A DNA stretch of 43,572 nucleotides. Origin: Trueperaceae bacterium. Lineage in GTDB: Bacteria > Deinococcota > Deinococci > Deinococcales > Trueperaceae. Under the pieces are notes generated by a model. That model made no database searches. It was not told the DNA's origin and saw nothing but the letters and a program-made list of their open reading frames with translations. Positions 18,910 through 28,105 of the stretch are shown here, in pieces. The position numbers and the translations under genes were made by a program. Positions within the stretch are counted from its first letter, which is position 1, and every line of letters starts with the position of its first letter. The stretch lies in the NCBI GenBank assembly GCA_040905465.1, contig JBBDRK010000031.1, forward strand, positions 1 through 43,572, given 5' to 3'.

Positions 18910-20649
18910 TTGAGAAACGAACGCACCGACGTCCTCATCCTCGGTAGCGGCGGTGCCGGCCTGTTGGCCGCCCTGCATGCCCACGACGCCAACCCCGAGC
19001 TGGACATCACCGTCGCCGTGAAGGGCCTGTTGGGGAAGTGCGGCTGCACCCGAATGGTACAAGGCGGCTACAACGTCGCTTTGGCGCCGGGCGATTCGCC
19101 AGAGCGGCACTTCATGGACACAATCGAAGGCGGCAAGTGGCTCTCCGATCAGGCGCTGGCGTGGACCCTGGTCACCGGCGCCGTCGAGCGCGTGCGCGAG
19201 CTGGAGAACGAGATCGGCTGCTTCTTCGACCGCAACCGGGACGGCACCCTGCACCAGAAGGCGTTCGCCGGCCAGACCTTCGACCGGACAGTGCACAAGG
19301 GCGACTTGACCGGGATAGAGATTATCAACCGTCTCGCCGAACAGGTGTGGGCGCGAAAAATCGGCCGGCTCGAGGAACACCGGGCGGTAGCGCTGATCCC
19401 CGACAGCAGCGGCGCGCGCATCGCCGGGGTCCTGCTCCTCGACGTTCGCAGCGGAGAGCTCCTGTTCGTTCAGGCGAGGGCGGTACTGCTGGCCACCGGG
19501 GGCGGTCCCACCATGTACCGCTACCACACCCCCTCCGGCGACAAGAGTTGCGACGGCCTGGCAATGGCGTTGCGCGCCGGACTCGCGGTTCGTGACATGG
19601 AGATGGTCCAGTTCCACCCCACCGGGCTGCTCGCCGGAGACCACACTAGAATGACCGGAACGGTACTCGAAGAGGGTCTTCGCGGGGCGGGCGGTTACCT
19701 GCTAAACGGCCAGATGGAGCGTTTCATGCACCGCTACGATCCTCGCGCCGAACGAGCGACGCGCGACATCGTCTCGCGCGCCATCTTTACCGAGGTCCAG
19801 GAGGGCCGCGGGTCGGAGGGCGGCGGAGTATACATCTCGATGGCTCACCTGGATACCGCCGAGGTGGAGCGACGTTTCAAAGGCATGGTAGAGCGGTGCC
19901 GCGACTGCGGCTTCGACCTGGTCAATGAGCCGGTCGAGGTAACGCCCACCGCGCACTACATGATGGGAGGAGTCGTCTTCCGTCCGGACTGCACTACCGG
20001 CCTCGCCGGGCTCTACGCCGCCGGTGAGGACACCGGCGGCGTCCACGGCGCCAATCGCCTGGGAGGCAACGGCGTGGCCAACTCCACCGTCTTCGGTGGC
20101 ATCGCCGGTGAGACCATGGCTAGCGAAATTTCCGACGGGGTCGAGTTCGTCCAGCCAGACGGGGACGTGCTGGCGCAGGCCTCCGCCCGGGTAATGAGGC
20201 CGTTGGATCAGCCGGCGGGGGACCTGAGTGAGATTCGCCGCGAGTTGGACGGCCTGATGTGGCTTCACGTGGGAATAGTCCGGGACGGTCCAGGGCTCGA
20301 GCAGGCCGAGGACAGGTTGCTGGAGCTTCAGCGGCGGCTGGACCGGGTGGGAGTCAACGGAGGCGACCGGCGCTTCAATCTCGGCTGGCAGGACTGGCTG
20401 AACCTCGATAGCCTGATACTTGTCGGCCGGGTCATCTGCGCTTCGGCGTTGGCAAGAGCGGACTCTACCGGCGCCCACTATCGTTCAGATTTCCCGCAGG
20501 GCGGTCGGCCGGACGACACCTTCTTCACGACCGCGCGGCTCGACTCGATCGGCGCTACCCTGGTGGCCAACCGTCCGGTGGAGTTTTCGATGGTGAGCCC
20601 CGGCGGATCCCTGCTCGCCCCTTCCGAGTCGTCTCCTCCAGGGTCCTGA
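18910..20649 (+). CDS. SDH/fumarate reductase-family flavoprotein subunit
   Basis: GSGGAG, QFHPTG, EEGLRG, RATRDIVSR, HYMMGG, HGANRLGGNG; TTG start after AGGAG. Confidence 0.9.
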   Translation: MRNERTDVLILGSGGAGLLAALHAHDANPELDITVAVKGLLGKCGCTRMVQGGYNVALAPGDSPERHFMDTIEGGKWLSDQALAWTLVTGAVERVRELENEIGCFFDRNRDGTLHQKAFAGQTFDRTVHKGDLTGIEIINRLAEQVWARKIGRLEEHRAVALIPDSSGARIAGVLLLDVRSGELLFVQARAVLLATGGGPTMYRYHTPSGDKSCDGLAMALRAGLAVRDMEMVQFHPTGLLAGDHTRMTGTVLEEGLRGAGGYLLNGQMERFMHRYDPRAERATRDIVSRAIFTEVQEGRGSEGGGVYISMAHLDTAEVERRFKGMVERCRDCGFDLVNEPVEVTPTAHYMMGGVVFRPDCTTGLAGLYAAGEDTGGVHGANRLGGNGVANSTVFGGIAGETMASEISDGVEFVQPDGDVLAQASARVMRPLDQPAGDLSEIRRELDGLMWLHVGIVRDGPGLEQAEDRLLELQRRLDRVGVNGGDRRFNLGWQDWLNLDSLILVGRVICASALARADSTGAHYRSDFPQGGRPDDTFFTTARLDSIGATLVANRPVEFSMVSPGGSLLAPSESSPPGS

Positions 20650-20658
20650 TCGCGAATC

Positions 20659-21492
20659 ATGATCGACTATCACACCCACATCGGCGAAGAGAGCCACTAC
20701 AGCCCGGAGTATGCGGAGGAGGGCTACCGGATGCGCGGCAGGCCGCCGCGGCGATCGGGCCCCGACCAGCATCGGGAGGCGATGAACGGGATGGACCGGG
20801 TCATCGTCCTGGCGTTCAAGAGTGTTCATCTGGGATTCGAGGTTCCCAACGATTATGTCGCCGAATACTGCGCCAGCGACCCCCAGCGGCTGATCGGTTT
20901 CGCATGCGTAGATCCGCACGTCCACGGCGCCCTGGAGGAGTTGAAACGGTGCGTGGGCTCACTGGGGCTGCGGGGCCTCAAGACCAGCCCGATCTATCAG
21001 GGGTACGACCCGATGGACGAGCGCATGCTCCCGATCTACCGCTACTGTGCCGATCAGGGTCTGCCGATTCTGACCCACCACGGCACGACCTTCCCACGTC
21101 GGGCGCCTCTCGCCTGGGCGCATCCGGAGCAGGTGGAGCGCATAGCCCTGGCCTTCCCGGACCTGCGCATCATCATCGCCCACCTGGGACACCCGTGGGA
21201 GGCGGAAACGATCAGTGTCATCCGTAAGCACCCGCACGTTTACAGTGATGTTTCCGCACTCTTCTACCGGCCCTGGCAGCTCTACAGCTCGTTGATGCTG
21301 TGCAGAGAGTACGGGGTGTGGCACAAGCTGGTCTTCGGAACGGACTATCCGGTGAGCGAGACCGATGAGTCGATAACCGGGCTGCGCAGGATGGCGGAGT
21401 ATGCCGAGGCGATGCCGTTTCCGGGCTTCGATCGGGACGATATCGAAGCGCTTCTTCAGAACGACATCTGCGCCGACCTCAACCTGCTGTAA
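20659..21492 (+). CDS. Amidohydrolase family protein (Amidohydro_2 / COG2159)
   Basis: IDYHTH, THHGT, AHLGHP, FGTDYP. Confidence 0.88.
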   Translation: MIDYHTHIGEESHYSPEYAEEGYRMRGRPPRRSGPDQHREAMNGMDRVIVLAFKSVHLGFEVPNDYVAEYCASDPQRLIGFACVDPHVHGALEELKRCVGSLGLRGLKTSPIYQGYDPMDERMLPIYRYCADQGLPILTHHGTTFPRRAPLAWAHPEQVERIALAFPDLRIIIAHLGHPWEAETISVIRKHPHVYSDVSALFYRPWQLYSSLMLCREYGVWHKLVFGTDYPVSETDESITGLRRMAEYAEAMPFPGFDRDDIEALLQNDICADLNLL

Positions 21493-21606
21493 CAACCGCC
21501 GGCCGGCGACGTCCTCTGTCAGCTGCACTCGTCTGCTTTTGGCGGGGTGGTTGCCTGACTCGTACAGGCAGGAACCTTCGCCGCGGGGGCCTGTCGGATC
21601 AGACCG

Positions 21607-21640
21607 GGCCCAGCTCCCCTTAGTGCAGGCCCAGCTCCCC
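21607..21640. repeat. 13-bp direct repeat straddling a stop codon
   Basis: GGCCCAGCTCCCC at 21607-21619 and 21628-21640. Confidence 0.65.
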
Positions 21641-22468
21641 CAATATGTCGTTGCCGATCAGTGCCTCGATGTCCTCGCGGCTGAACGACGGGAACGGCAT
21701 GTGGCGTGCATAGCCCAGCAGCCGCTCGAGCCCGTCTACGGTCTCGTCCGCCGTGGTGACGGGAAAATCGGTGCCGAACACCAGCTTGTTCCACACTCCG
21801 TACTCCTTCGCCAGGGTAAGCGAGCCGTACAGCTGCCAGGGCCGGTAGAACAGCGCCGAGATGTCGGCGTACACATGGGGATGCTTCCGTACCACGGCGA
21901 TCGTCTCGGCCTCCCAGGGATGGCCCAGGTGCGCAATCAGTATGCGGAGCTCGGGGTACGCAAGAGCGATCTCCTCGATCTGCTGCGGATGCGCCCATTT
22001 GAGCGGCGCAGTTCGCGGGAACGTGGTCCCGTGATGGGTCAGAATCGGCAGCCCGTGGTCCTCGCAGTAGCGGTAGATGCCCAGCATGCGGGCATCCAGC
22101 GGCTCGTAGGCCTGGTAGATCGGACTGGTCTTGAGGCCGCGAAGGCCCAGCTCGCGGTGCGCGCGCCGCAGCTGGGGCAGGGCGTTGCCGTCGTGGGGAT
22201 CCACCGACGCGAAGCCGATGAACTTTTGGGGGTCGGTAGCGACGTACTCGGCGACATACTCGTTGGGCACGTCGACACCCAGGTGAAGGCTGCGGAAGGC
22301 AAGCACGATCGCCCTGGAAACGTTGGCCATTGCCGCTCCGTGGGCCGAAAAGCTGGTCGCGAGAGTCGCGGCACCGGCGCCGCGCATTCGTTCGGCTTCC
22401 GCGAGAATCGGCTCGCCCCACTGTTCGGCTGTACCTATGTGAGTGTGATAGTCGATGACGGGCTGCAT
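21620..22468 (-). CDS. Amidohydrolase family protein (Amidohydro_2), close paralogue of 20659..21492
   Basis: IDYHTH, LRGLKTSPIYQ, THHGTTFP, AHLGHPWEAETI, FGTDFP. Confidence 0.88.
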   Translation of the reverse strand: MQPVIDYHTHIGTAEQWGEPILAEAERMRGAGAATLATSFSAHGAAMANVSRAIVLAFRSLHLGVDVPNEYVAEYVATDPQKFIGFASVDPHDGNALPQLRRAHRELGLRGLKTSPIYQAYEPLDARMLGIYRYCEDHGLPILTHHGTTFPRTAPLKWAHPQQIEEIALAYPELRILIAHLGHPWEAETIAVVRKHPHVYADISALFYRPWQLYGSLTLAKEYGVWNKLVFGTDFPVTTADETVDGLERLLGYARHMPFPSFSREDIEALIGNDILGELGLH

Positions 22469-23583
22469 CAGGGCGTCCGGTAGTGCTCGACCTTGCCGTC
22501 GTCGAGCTCGACACCCAGGCCGGGCTTAAGGGAGGGGCGTGCCTCGCCGCCGGATATCGCCAGCGGCTCGGCCAGCAGGTCGCCTTCATAAAAGAACGGA
22601 CTGAGGATGTCGCAGGGGAACTCTTCCGCTCCGATGCCCACGGTCGCCATTGCCAGATGGATCATGGCCGCGCTGGCGACACCCATCTCGAGATTGCTGC
22701 CGACGGTGCAGGTGATACCGGCTGCCTCCGCCACCGCCGCAGTCTTGCGTGCGGCGCCGATCCCGCCGCCCTTGCCCACATAAACCGAGAGCACGTCCGC
22801 CGCCTCGGCTCGCACGATCGCCATGGCGTCCTGAAGGCTGTACACACTCTCGTCGGCCACGATCGGCAGGGCGGAACGGCGGCGCACGTCGGCCAGCCAG
22901 GAAACGTCAGCGGCCGGCACCGGCTGCTCCACGAAGAACAGGTCGAACTCTCGTAGTCGTTCGATCGTCGCGATTGCCACCCGCGGCATCCAGCCGCCGT
23001 TGGCATCGACCCCCAGTCGAACTGACGGACCGATCGCCTCACGCACCGCCCGTACCCGGGCTACGTCGGCGTCCGGCCCCAGGCCGACTTTGACCTTCAT
23101 CGCCTGGAAGCCCTGTGCCACCGCCCATAGGGCTATCTCGGCGGCCTGCTCGGGGGCGACACCCGATACCGAGAACTTCGTCGGCACGTAGTCGCGCACC
23201 GGCCCACCGAGCAGCCGGTATACCGGCAGTCCTACCGCCTTGCCGAGGATGTCCCACAGCGCCATCTCCAGACCAGACTTGGTGAAGGGATTGTTTGCGA
23301 CCGTTTTGCGAACGACCATGGTCAGACGCTCCACATGCGTCGGATCCTGCCCCAGCAGCTGCGGCTCGAAGTATTCCCGGATCAGGTGGGCCGCCGTCGT
23401 CTGGTCCTCACCGCTCCATCCCGGAGTGCAGGAAACCTCACCGAGGCCGACGATTCCCTCGTCGGTGTGCACTTTCAGGAGCAGGAAGGGCGAGACCTTG
23501 TGGGAGCCGCGGCCGCCTTTGATTGCCCGCTTGGGGTCGATGGGGATGCGTACGGGGACGGTTTCGATGCGGGTGATCTTCAT
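22468..23583 (-). CDS. Enolase superfamily, muconate cycloisomerase-like protein
   Basis: MKVKVG, DANGGW, VEQP, ADES; N-terminal capping domain. Confidence 0.88.
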   Translation of the reverse strand: MKITRIETVPVRIPIDPKRAIKGGRGSHKVSPFLLLKVHTDEGIVGLGEVSCTPGWSGEDQTTAAHLIREYFEPQLLGQDPTHVERLTMVVRKTVANNPFTKSGLEMALWDILGKAVGLPVYRLLGGPVRDYVPTKFSVSGVAPEQAAEIALWAVAQGFQAMKVKVGLGPDADVARVRAVREAIGPSVRLGVDANGGWMPRVAIATIERLREFDLFFVEQPVPAADVSWLADVRRRSALPIVADESVYSLQDAMAIVRAEAADVLSVYVGKGGGIGAARKTAAVAEAAGITCTVGSNLEMGVASAAMIHLAMATVGIGAEEFPCDILSPFFYEGDLLAEPLAISGGEARPSLKPGLGVELDDGKVEHYRTP

Positions 23584-23652
23584 TGCGCTCCTCGAATCGG
23601 TCGGGGACGAGATGCTGCTGCCCCCGGGCCGCCGTGTGGTCGGTGGGTGTGG

Positions 23653-24771
23653 TCAGTCGCACAGGGCGGCGAGTTGCTCCCGGTCGAGTGCGACTCCGAG
23701 CCCCGGCCCTTCCGGTACGGTCAAGCGCCAGCCCTCGACGGATAGTGGAGTCACCAGGGCACACTCGGTGTGGAACACCGGCCCGATAATGTCGGCCGCA
23801 TATCGTTCGACCATGATATTCGGTAACGCTGCGGTTACGTGAGCGTTGGCGGCCGAGGCGATGTCCCACTCCAGATTGCTCCCGATGGCGCAGTGGACGC
23901 CCGCCGCTTCGGCCATCGCCACTATCGCCATCGTTCCGAGAATTCCACCGTTCTTGCCGGGGTAGACGCTGATGATGTCCGCGGCGCGTTCCCGGATGCA
24001 GCGCCCGGCGTCCTGGGGCGTGAATACCGATTCATCGGCCATTACCGGCAGCACCGTGCGACGCCGCACCTCGGCGAGCCCTTCGAGGTCGAGGCGATGG
24101 ACGGGCTGCTCGACGAAGGCGACGTCGTACTCCTCGAGGCGCTGCGAGGCTCGAACCGCCTCGTTGACCGACCAGCCGCCGTTTGCGTCAACCGTCAGCC
24201 TCACGTCGGGGCCCACTGCCTCGCGTACCCGCCGCACCCTCTCCAGGTCGAAGGCAAGAGGATCGTGGCCGACCTTGAGCTTGATCGTTCGGCAGCCCTC
24301 GTCCACGATCCGCGTCGCCGCCGCGGCAGACTCCTCGGGCCCAACCGGCATTATCGGAAACCTGAGCGGAAGGGATGAAGAGCGAACGGTTCCCCCGAGA
24401 AGAGCGTAGAGGGGAGCCTCCAGGGTCTTGCCCAGGATGTCGAACAGCGCCATCTCGATTCCGGCCTTGACGAACGGGTTGGCGAACGTCCGCGCGATCT
24501 TCGACATGCAGAAACGTATTCGGCACGGGTCCTCGCCGACGAGCCGTTCGGCCAGGTGCCGATCGATCACCGCCTTGGACCCCAATTGAATCTCCCCGCT
24601 CCAGTCGGGGGAACCGTTGACCTCCCCGATACCCTCGATGCCCGCGTCTGTCGTGATGCGGATAATCAGCAGGTGAGACGTGAAGCGGAAGCCCTTCGGG
24701 TCGGCGACCGTTCCGACCTGCCTGTCCACACCTACACTCACCGGAATCGTCTCGATCGCCACAATTTTCAC
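23653..24771 (-). CDS. Enolase superfamily, muconate cycloisomerase-like protein
   Basis: IKLKVG, DANGGW, VEQP, ADES; GTG start after AGGAGG. Confidence 0.88.
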   Translation of the reverse strand: MKIVAIETIPVSVGVDRQVGTVADPKGFRFTSHLLIIRITTDAGIEGIGEVNGSPDWSGEIQLGSKAVIDRHLAERLVGEDPCRIRFCMSKIARTFANPFVKAGIEMALFDILGKTLEAPLYALLGGTVRSSSLPLRFPIMPVGPEESAAAATRIVDEGCRTIKLKVGHDPLAFDLERVRRVREAVGPDVRLTVDANGGWSVNEAVRASQRLEEYDVAFVEQPVHRLDLEGLAEVRRRTVLPVMADESVFTPQDAGRCIRERAADIISVYPGKNGGILGTMAIVAMAEAAGVHCAIGSNLEWDIASAANAHVTAALPNIMVERYAADIIGPVFHTECALVTPLSVEGWRLTVPEGPGLGVALDREQLAALCD

Positions 24772-24817
24772 GGAGTCCTCCTGTTCCATACGGGAGCGCC
24801 GGCCGTGGTGCCGGCGA

Positions 24818-25894
24818 TCATCGGCCCCACGCATCGTCCAACAGTCGCAGCCAGTTTCCATGCATCACCGCGCTGACGTCGGCGTCCGAGTAGCCGCGAG
24901 CCGCCAAAGCTCCGGAAACCGCCTGCAGGTCGGAAATCGTATCGATGTCCACCGGATAATCCTCCCTGGCCAGCGCCGCGGCCAGGTTGCTTCCGATTCC
25001 CACCTGGAGTGCGTTGCCGGCAAGCTGGCAGATGTGATCGATGTGGTCGATGAAGTCGGCGAGGCTGGCACGAGGCTCGTCGCTCCGACCCACCCGCCTG
25101 CCGGGACGAAGCTGCCAACCGGTCATCGAAACTCCCACTACGCCGTTACGCTCTACGATTGCGCTCAGCTGACGATCCGTGAGCAGACGCGGATGCGGTA
25201 TCAGGGACCGGCAGTTGCTGTGACTGGCGAGCACCGGGCCCGGAAAGAGCTGCAGGGCATCGTCGAACGTTCTGTCGGAGGCATGACTCAGGTCGAGCAC
25301 GACGCCGAGCCGGGCCATCATGGGCAACAGCCGGGCCCCCAGCGGGGTAATACCCACTGCGCTGCCGGCTCCGCCCGCGAATCGGCCCACGCCGTCGTGG
25401 CTGACGCTCGCAATGCGCACGCCGGCCGAATGCCACTCCTCTATCGATTCGGGCGTCAGCAGCGGGTCTGCGCCCTCCATTGCGATCACCAGCCCCAGGG
25501 GAGGTCCATCTCCGGCGATTTCGCCGCTGTCCCACTCCTCCCACTGCCGCATATGAGCGGTGAGGGACGCGTTGTCCTCCAGGATCCGAACGTGCCCCGC
25601 GCTTTCCAGTGCCCGGTAATAGGCCAGATGAGCTTGCGCGATTGCGTAGGCCTGCGTGGGAGATGCATAGTCGCGATGAGCAACGGCCTGCCCGGATGAG
25701 CGGGCAAATACTGTTGCGAACGACACTGCCACCTTGCCTCGCCGCATGTCGGGCAGGGCCACCGAACCTTGGGCCCTTCCCACTCCAGGAGTGCCCAGCT
25801 CGTTGCTGCGGATCGTGTGGGCGGAGGTCAGCAGGTCGCGGTTGAGTTGCAGGGCGTTCATGGCCAGATCGAGGTGGCCGTCCACGACTAGCAT
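24818..25894 (-). CDS. Membrane dipeptidase (M19) family protein, catalytic Asp motif degenerate
   Basis: VDGHLD, MEGAD, DLSH, ASHSN, but GSNLAAA where the family has GxDxDG. Confidence 0.85.
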   Translation of the reverse strand: MLVVDGHLDLAMNALQLNRDLLTSAHTIRSNELGTPGVGRAQGSVALPDMRRGKVAVSFATVFARSSGQAVAHRDYASPTQAYAIAQAHLAYYRALESAGHVRILEDNASLTAHMRQWEEWDSGEIAGDGPPLGLVIAMEGADPLLTPESIEEWHSAGVRIASVSHDGVGRFAGGAGSAVGITPLGARLLPMMARLGVVLDLSHASDRTFDDALQLFPGPVLASHSNCRSLIPHPRLLTDRQLSAIVERNGVVGVSMTGWQLRPGRRVGRSDEPRASLADFIDHIDHICQLAGNALQVGIGSNLAAALAREDYPVDIDTISDLQAVSGALAARGYSDADVSAVMHGNWLRLLDDAWGR

Positions 25895-27009
25895 CAGCCG
25901 TCCACCTGGCGGGCAGCCGCGGGGCTGCTCCAGGCGCCGCGAAGGCAGCGGAGCCAGTTGCCGTGCATGACGTTGTCGACGTCCCCGGCCGAGAATCCCC
26001 GTTCCTGCAGCAATCGGGGCAGCGACTGCAGGTCGGCGATAGTGTCGAGATCGCGAGGGAACTCGTCGCGGCCCACGCCGCCGTCGAGGTCGGTGCCGAT
26101 CGCCACATGCAGGGCGTCGCCGGCGACGCTGCATGCGTGCTCGATGTGATCTACAACGGCGCGCATGGTCACGGCTCCGTTGTGCCTGGCGCCGACCACC
26201 CAGTCTGCAACCAGGTCGGAGCATCCCAGCAGCACGCCGACAACACCTCCGCGCTCCACAACAGCGGCGATCTGGGAGTCGCCGAACTGCCGCTGATTCG
26301 GCACCAGTGTCCGGCAGTTGCTGTGGCTGGCCAGCACCGGGCCCTCGAAGCGCTCCAGCGCCTCCCAGAACGAGGCATCAGAGAGGTGCGTGAGGTCCAG
26401 GATGAAACCCAGTCGGTCCATCTCCGCCAGCAGCTCCCGGCCCATCGGCGTCAGTCCCTGCTCACTACCGGTGCCGCCCGCATAGCGCCCGCTGCCGAAG
26501 TGCGCGGGTCCGATTATCCGCAGGCCTTCGTCCCACCACACTTCGAGGCGGTCGGGCGCGAGAACCGGATCGGCGCTTTCCATCAGCACGACGAAGCCGA
26601 GCGGGGGCATGTCCGCGTGGGCGGGCACGCCGTCAGCCAGTTGCTCCCACTGGTGCCAGGCAAATATGTGGTGGTCGAGCTGCTGACGGTCGGTTATCAA
26701 CCGGGCGTGACCCTCCGCCTCCAGCGCCCGGTAGTAGGCGAGGTGGCCGTGCGCGGAGGCGTCGGCCTGTACCGCGGAGGCGAAGTCCATGTGGGGGGCG
26801 ACGCAGCCGGTCGAGCGGGCGGTCAGCACCGCGAACGACAGTGCTACCCGGCCCTGCCGCATCTCCGGCAACGCCACCGTTCCCTGCGCCATTCCCTTGC
26901 CGACGCGGCCGAACTCGGCTATGCGGGTCTCGTACGCCGAAACCGTAAGGTCGCGGTTGCCCTGGAGGGCGTTGAGGGCGAGATCCAGATGACCGTCAAC
27001 GATGATCAT
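25894..27009 (-). CDS. Membrane dipeptidase (M19) family protein
   Basis: VDGHLD, MESAD, DLTH, ASHSN, GTDLDGG, HGNWLR. Confidence 0.88.
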   Translation of the reverse strand: MIIVDGHLDLALNALQGNRDLTVSAYETRIAEFGRVGKGMAQGTVALPEMRQGRVALSFAVLTARSTGCVAPHMDFASAVQADASAHGHLAYYRALEAEGHARLITDRQQLDHHIFAWHQWEQLADGVPAHADMPPLGFVVLMESADPVLAPDRLEVWWDEGLRIIGPAHFGSGRYAGGTGSEQGLTPMGRELLAEMDRLGFILDLTHLSDASFWEALERFEGPVLASHSNCRTLVPNQRQFGDSQIAAVVERGGVVGVLLGCSDLVADWVVGARHNGAVTMRAVVDHIEHACSVAGDALHVAIGTDLDGGVGRDEFPRDLDTIADLQSLPRLLQERGFSAGDVDNVMHGNWLRCLRGAWSSPAAARQVDG

Positions 27010-27036
27010 TGAGTAGCCACCATACAACAATTAAAC

Positions 27037-27066
27037 TTGAAATATCATATTTCATCAGGCTATGAT
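27037..27066. promoter_or_regulatory. Divergent promoter region with palindromic operator (unit 2, site 1)
   Basis: TGAAATAT-C-ATATTTCA (27038-27054); TTGAAA-18 bp-TATGAT rightward promoter. Confidence 0.75.
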
Positions 27067-27111
27067 GCCGGTCAACCGGCCTCGAGCATGGGCCCGACTG
27101 GGAGACCCACT

Positions 27112-28002
27112 ATGATCGTTGACTGTCATACTCACCTGATGTGGTACCCGGACCACCTGGAAGATCGTTATGTGGATGAGGCGCTTCAGTCGAAGCTGGT
27201 GAAGTTGAAACGTTCGGGTGGTGAAGCCTACGCTGGCAGGCTCGACCGGCATTCCTACGACTCGGTTCCGGAAGAGCACTGGAAGGTATCGGCCAGTGCC
27301 GACAAGGTGGTGGTATTCGGATTGCAGGCCAAGGCCTGCGGGGTGTGGGTGCCGAACGAACTCATAGCAGATTATGTGCGGCAGCACCCGGAGAAGCTCG
27401 AAGGTTGGGCGAGCGTGGACCCGAACGAGCCCGACTGTGTCGAGCAGCTCGAGCACTGCGTGAACGAACTCGGCCTGCGAGGCCTGAAGCTCGGCCCTGT
27501 CTACCAACACTTCGACCCGCAGGACCGCAAGCACTGGCCGCTGTTCGAGAAGGCCCAGGAGTTGGACCTGCCGATCATGTGGCATCAGGGAACGACGTTC
27601 CCGTCACGTGCAAAACTCAAGTGGGCACACCCGCTCCAACTGGAAGACATCGCGATGGAATTCCCGGACCTGCGAATGATCATCGCGCATCTCGGCCATC
27701 CCTGGGAGGTCGATACCATCGCGCTCATCCGCAAGTGTCCCAACCTCTACACCGACATCAGCGCGGTTCACTATCGTCCCTGGCGATATTGGCAGTCGAT
27801 GATCGCGGCCCTGGAGTACGGGGTGGACCACAAGATCCTTCTGGCGTCCGACTTTCCGTCAGGAACCATCGACAACGTAATCAGCGGCCTGAGGCGCGTC
27901 AACGACGTGGTAGCCGGAACCAACCTTCCGACCGTGCCGATCGAGGTTCAGGACAGCATCATCTTCGAGAATTGGAAGAAGTTCTTTCCGCTGTGGGCTT
28001 AG
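27112..28002 (+). CDS. Amidohydrolase family protein (Amidohydro_2), third paralogue
   Basis: VDCHTH, WHQGTTFP, AHLGHPWE, ASDFP; RBS GGAG. Confidence 0.88.
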   Translation: MIVDCHTHLMWYPDHLEDRYVDEALQSKLVKLKRSGGEAYAGRLDRHSYDSVPEEHWKVSASADKVVVFGLQAKACGVWVPNELIADYVRQHPEKLEGWASVDPNEPDCVEQLEHCVNELGLRGLKLGPVYQHFDPQDRKHWPLFEKAQELDLPIMWHQGTTFPSRAKLKWAHPLQLEDIAMEFPDLRMIIAHLGHPWEVDTIALIRKCPNLYTDISAVHYRPWRYWQSMIAALEYGVDHKILLASDFPSGTIDNVISGLRRVNDVVAGTNLPTVPIEVQDSIIFENWKKFFPLWA

Positions 28003-28105
28003 CCATCGGTCAACCGGTACCTGGCCGCCGAGGGTCTGCGCGAGCTCGCACGATTTTTGGCTGGATCGAAGACCGGCTGATGGAGGCCGGTCGCCTCGAG
28101 GCGTC

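Noticed and set aside
22468-24771. catB / beta-ketoadipate pathway
   Set aside because: No dioxygenase, catC or catD nearby, and active-site residues differ from MLE
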